From a bacterium (GTDB lineage: Bacteria; UBA8248): 64,000 nt of DNA. The stretch lies in assembly GCA_965218885.1 (NCBI GenBank), contig OZ244713.1, forward strand, positions 3,030,625 to 3,094,624. Direction: 5' to 3'. The translations under genes were made by a program, and so were the position numbers. Below the pieces are notes generated by a model, which saw nothing but the letters and a program-made list of their open reading frames with translations, was not told the DNA's origin and did not search any database. Positions 60,248 to 64,000 of the stretch are shown here, in pieces. The number at the start of each line of letters is the position of its first letter. Position 1 is the first letter of the stretch.

Positions 60248-62239
60248 TTATGAGCCGTCCTGCCTTTGGGCCGGATCGGCAGGGTCTGTCGGGTCGGGGC
60301 CTGCGCCCTCGATGCGGGCCAGGGCGAGCGCCCCGCCCGCAGCGAGCATGCGCCTCTCGCGTTCCGTCAACACACATGCCGCGCCGAAAGTGTGGCCCGT
60401 TTCCTGGTTTTCGACCTGGAAAACTCCCGTGGTGAGGGAATCCTGGATATTGGAGATGGAAAGGCTCTGTCCCTGGTCCACCTTCTCGTAGTCGTCTTCG
60501 CTTACGAACGTGAGGGGCAGGATGCTCCAGTTGATGAGGTTCGCCCGGTGGATTCTCGCAAAGCTCTTGGCGATGACGGCGCGGACGCCCAGTATCATCG
60601 GGCAGATGGCCGCCTGTTCGCGGGCGGAGCCCTGCCCGTATGTCTTCGCCCCGACGATGATGCCCCCGCCCGTTTCTCTCGCGCGGGAGGCGAAGGTCTC
60701 GTCCACGCGCCTGAAGGTGAAATCGGCCAGCGCTGGCATGTTCGTGCGGTAGGTGATGGCCTCGACCCCCGCCGGGCTGATGTGGTCGGTCGAGACGTTA
60801 TCGCCAAGCTTGATGAGGATCTCGCCGGTGTAGGAATCGCCTATGGCCTCTCCCACCTGTACGGGCTGGATGTTCGGTCCCCGGATGATTTCCACCGCCG
60901 CCGGATCCTCCGCCGGCGCCACGATTCCCGTCCTGTCGCACATGAAGCGGTAGGGGAGGAGTACGTCGGGCGGTTTCCCCTCGATTCTGGGGTCTCTTAT
61001 CTCGCCGTGTAAGGCGGCCACGGCGGCCAGTTCGGGGCTCGCCAGATATACGGCGTCCTCGGTCAGCCCCGAGCGGCCCTTGAAGTTGCGGTTGAACGCG
61101 CGCAGGGAGTTCATGCCCGGAGCGGGGATGTGGGCGTAGCCGGGGCAAGAGCCGCACGTGGCTTCGGAGACGCAGACGCCCGCGGCGAGGAGGTCGGCCA
61201 GATGGCCCGCTCTCGCGAGTTCCTCAAAGGCCTGCCGGCTGCCCGGAAAGACGATGGCGTCGACGCCGTCGGCCACCTTGCGGCCCCTGAGCACCTGCGC
61301 GAAAGAAGCCACGTCGGTGAACGTGCCGTTCGTGCAGCTTCCGATGATGACCTGGTGAATCGGCGTGCCGATGGTCTCGGACACGGGAACCACGTTCTCG
61401 GGGTTCGAGGGCAGGGCGATCAAGGGTTCGACCTCGCCCAGGTTCAACTCGATTTCTTCATCATAAGCCGCGCCGGGGTCCGCCTCCTGTGGGGACCAGT
61501 CGCCGGGGCGGCTCATGCGCTCGTAGAACAATCTGGTCTGCGCGTCGCTGGGGAAGATGCTTCCCGTGAGGCCCAGTTCCGTGCCCATGCTCGCGATGGT
61601 GAAACGCTCCGGCACCGAGAGGGTGCGGACGCCGGGGCCGGTGTATTCAAAAAACTTGCCGATTCCGCCGCGCGCGCCCAGGCGGCGCAAGAGTTCGAGG
61701 ACGGCGTCTTTCGCCGTGGCCCAGGCCTTAAGTTTCCCGGTGAGCCTCACCTCCACGATGAGGGGACGGGGGATGATGGTCGCCCCCGTCGCCATGGCGG
61801 TCGCCACGTCTATGCCGCCCGCGCCGACCGCCAGCATTCCCACCGCGCCGCCTTGCGGGGTGTGCGAATCGGTGCCAAGTAGGCTTTCGCCCGGAACCGA
61901 GAATTCCTCCAGATGGACGTTGTGGCAGATGCCGTTTCCCGGTTTCGAGAAATGGATGCCGTGTTTTCGGCAAAACCCGAGCATGAAGCGGTGGGCGTCG
62001 GTGTGCAGGCTGTTGACCTGAATCGTCTGGTGGTCGGCGTACATGACGGCCGTTTTCTGTTTCACCTGCGCAAAGCCCATGGCCTCGAAGTGGAGCAGGG
62101 CCGTGGGACCCGAGGCGTCTTGTAAGAGCACCTGGTCGATTCGTATCTCGATTTCTTCGCCCGGCGTTCTCGACGCGCCCGAGACGAGGTGCGCGTCCAG
62201 GAGCTTTTGCGTGAGGCTGCCCGTGCCCTGCTCAGCCAC
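60248..62239 (-). CDS. Aconitate hydratase family protein
   Basis: DSHT, IGSCTN, CGSCPG, FNRNFKGR, TDHI, GSARE, SFARIH. Confidence 0.92.
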   Translation of the reverse strand: MAEQGTGSLTQKLLDAHLVSGASRTPGEEIEIRIDQVLLQDASGPTALLHFEAMGFAQVKQKTAVMYADHQTIQVNSLHTDAHRFMLGFCRKHGIHFSKPGNGICHNVHLEEFSVPGESLLGTDSHTPQGGAVGMLAVGAGGIDVATAMATGATIIPRPLIVEVRLTGKLKAWATAKDAVLELLRRLGARGGIGKFFEYTGPGVRTLSVPERFTIASMGTELGLTGSIFPSDAQTRLFYERMSRPGDWSPQEADPGAAYDEEIELNLGEVEPLIALPSNPENVVPVSETIGTPIHQVIIGSCTNGTFTDVASFAQVLRGRKVADGVDAIVFPGSRQAFEELARAGHLADLLAAGVCVSEATCGSCPGYAHIPAPGMNSLRAFNRNFKGRSGLTEDAVYLASPELAAVAALHGEIRDPRIEGKPPDVLLPYRFMCDRTGIVAPAEDPAAVEIIRGPNIQPVQVGEAIGDSYTGEILIKLGDNVSTDHISPAGVEAITYRTNMPALADFTFRRVDETFASRARETGGGIIVGAKTYGQGSAREQAAICPMILGVRAVIAKSFARIHRANLINWSILPLTFVSEDDYEKVDQGQSLSISNIQDSLTTGVFQVENQETGHTFGAACVLTERERRMLAAGGALALARIEGAGPDPTDPADPAQRQDGS

Positions 62240-63368
62240 GGCTTCTGAGTGTCCTGTAGCGCCGCTTTTCGGGGCCGGTGTAGCGCGCGCGGGGGCGGAT
62301 GAGTCGGTTGTCGGCCTGTTGCTCCAGTATGTTGGCCGTCCAGCCGGCCACCCTCGACATGGCGATGATGGGAACGAACAACTCCATGGGAATTCCCAGA
62401 CCCTGCCAGAGGGGTGCGGAGTAGAAATCCACGTTCGGGATGACGCCCTTTCTGCTCTGCACCGCGTGGTCGAGCGCGCGCGCCATGTCGAACCACTTGG
62501 CGTCCCGGCCGGGTTGGCGGCATACCTCCTCGGCCAGTTCGATGAGCACGCTCGCGCGCGGGTCTCCGCTCTTCGTATATACCCGGTGGCCGAAGCCCAT
62601 GAACAGCCTTTTCCTGGCGAGCGCCGCCTCGACGAAGGGCTCCACGTTATCGATATCGCCGATCTCCCTCAAGGTCTCCATCACCGCGAGACCCGCGCCC
62701 CCGTGCAGCGGGCCCTTCAGGGCGCCGATGCCCGCCGTGACGGCGGAGTAGATGTCCGACATGGTGGAGGTGACGACGCGCGTCGCGAAAGTGGAGGCGT
62801 TAATTTCGTGTTCGGCGTAAAGAACAAGGGTGGCGTCGAGCGCGCGGGCGTCGATCTTATCGGGCGCCTGGCCTGTGATCATGTAGAGGAAATTCGCCGA
62901 ATGCCCGAGTCCCCTGCGGGGATTCAAGGGTCTGAGACCCGCCGCGAGGCGGTGCTGGGCCGCGACGATGGTGGGAATCTTCGCGGTGAGCCTGAGCGCC
63001 TTTCTGCGGTTCGCCTCCGTCGAGGTATCCTCCGCTTCTGGGTCGAAAAGCCCCAGGATTCCCACACCGCCTCTTAACGCCGCCGTCCTCTGCTCTCCGG
63101 GGGGTATCTGCTTTAAGGCGCGTAGCATATCGGGCGAGAGAGCGCGTTCGGCCTTGAGCGCCTCGTCGAACCCCTTCAGGCGTTCGCGGGTGGGCAGTTC
63201 GCCGTGCCACAGGAGATATATGATTTCCTCAAAAGTGACTTTCTTGCGCACCATTTCGGGCACGTCGTAGCCGCAATACGCCAGAACGCCGTTCACGCCG
63301 TCGAGATCGCATATCCGCGTGTCGGTCGCGATGACGCCCTCAAGCCCTCGGACGGGTGCATCTTCCAT
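62232..63368 (-). CDS. Citrate/2-methylcitrate synthase
   Basis: GLEGV, EHEINASTF, GPLHGGA, GFGHRVY, NVDFY. Confidence 0.93.
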   Translation of the reverse strand: MEDAPVRGLEGVIATDTRICDLDGVNGVLAYCGYDVPEMVRKKVTFEEIIYLLWHGELPTRERLKGFDEALKAERALSPDMLRALKQIPPGEQRTAALRGGVGILGLFDPEAEDTSTEANRRKALRLTAKIPTIVAAQHRLAAGLRPLNPRRGLGHSANFLYMITGQAPDKIDARALDATLVLYAEHEINASTFATRVVTSTMSDIYSAVTAGIGALKGPLHGGAGLAVMETLREIGDIDNVEPFVEAALARKRLFMGFGHRVYTKSGDPRASVLIELAEEVCRQPGRDAKWFDMARALDHAVQSRKGVIPNVDFYSAPLWQGLGIPMELFVPIIAMSRVAGWTANILEQQADNRLIRPRARYTGPEKRRYRTLRSRG

Positions 63369-63392
63369 GACGACTCTCCTCTGTGGCGCGCC

Positions 63393-64000
63393 TCAGTCGT
63401 ATAGTTCGGGATTCGCGAGCGAGGTGACTTTTTCGCCCTCCACCGCCCGCTTGATATTATCGCACAAAAGCCGGTAGCTCTCACGCTGTACGTTTTCGGT
63501 CTGGGCCGCGTTGTGCGGCGACATCACCACGTTGGGAAACTCGTACAGCGGATGGCCTTCGGGCAGGGGGTCCGGCTCGACCACGTCGAGGCCCGCGCCT
63601 GCGATTTTCCCCTTTCGTATGGCGTCGGTGAGCGCGTCGGAATCCACGTGGGGGCCGCGCGAGACGTTGATGAGAAACGCCGTATCCTTCATGAGCGCGA
63701 GTTCCCGTCCGCCGATGATGCCCGTGCTCTCGGGTGTCAGGGGGAGGGTGAGCACGACGAAATCGGCGCGCAGAAGCAACTCGTGCAGCGTCTCCACCTC
63801 TTCCACCTCGAAGCCCACCGGCTTGAATTTCCCGCGCGTGCGCGTGTAGGCGCATATCTTCATCTCGAAACCTGCGGCGCGCTTGGCGAGCGCTTGCCCG
63901 ATGTTCCCGAGACCCACGATGCCCAGCGTCGCTCCTTGAAGCTGTAAGTGGAGCCTGCGCTCCCCGGTCGGCCAGAGCCAGGGTTTTCGCGCCATGATGA
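63393..64000 (-). CDS. D-isomer specific 2-hydroxyacid dehydrogenase (partial, starts beyond the window)
   Basis: GLGNIG, NVSRG, GLDV..PDP, SPHNA. Confidence 0.9.
   Translation of the reverse strand, partial: IMARKPWLWPTGERRLHLQLQGATLGIVGLGNIGQALAKRAAGFEMKICAYTRTRGKFKPVGFEVEEVETLHELLLRADFVVLTLPLTPESTGIIGGRELALMKDTAFLINVSRGPHVDSDALTDAIRKGKIAGAGLDVVEPDPLPEGHPLYEFPNVVMSPHNAAQTENVQRESYRLLCDNIKRAVEGEKVTSLANPELYD

Overview
GC-rich bacterial chromosome segment in which housekeeping and catabolic blocks alternate with small accessory islands. The blocks include def, tRNA-Leu(GAG), a peptide ABC transporter, gap-pgk-tpiA-secG, hydantoinase A/B, pgi, rimI-cvpA, yajD-aroA-tenA-tag, a run of tandem paralog pairs (MBL x2, acyl-CoA synthetase x2, TauE x2) and citrate synthase-aconitase-prpF. 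The islands carry toxin-antitoxin modules, nested palindromic repeats and IS debris. Main observations: (1) a complete IS1111-type (IS110 family) element whose 3' non-coding region contains guide-like segments matching its own target flanks and donor junction, with Thr rather than Ser in the Tnp catalytic motif; (2) two cargo cassettes each followed by a second copy of the upstream gene's 3' end, the def copy being an allele with mostly synonymous differences; (3) two homologous AT-rich elements with IHF-consensus sites, in inverted orientation around a 5-kb core block and facing into islands; (4) nests of at least four palindromic repeat families plus recurrent CC...TCGG micro-hairpins. All calls come from reading motifs by eye; no searches were run. 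The Sel1 gene, TA density and repeat load suggest a host-associated lineage, which is inference only.
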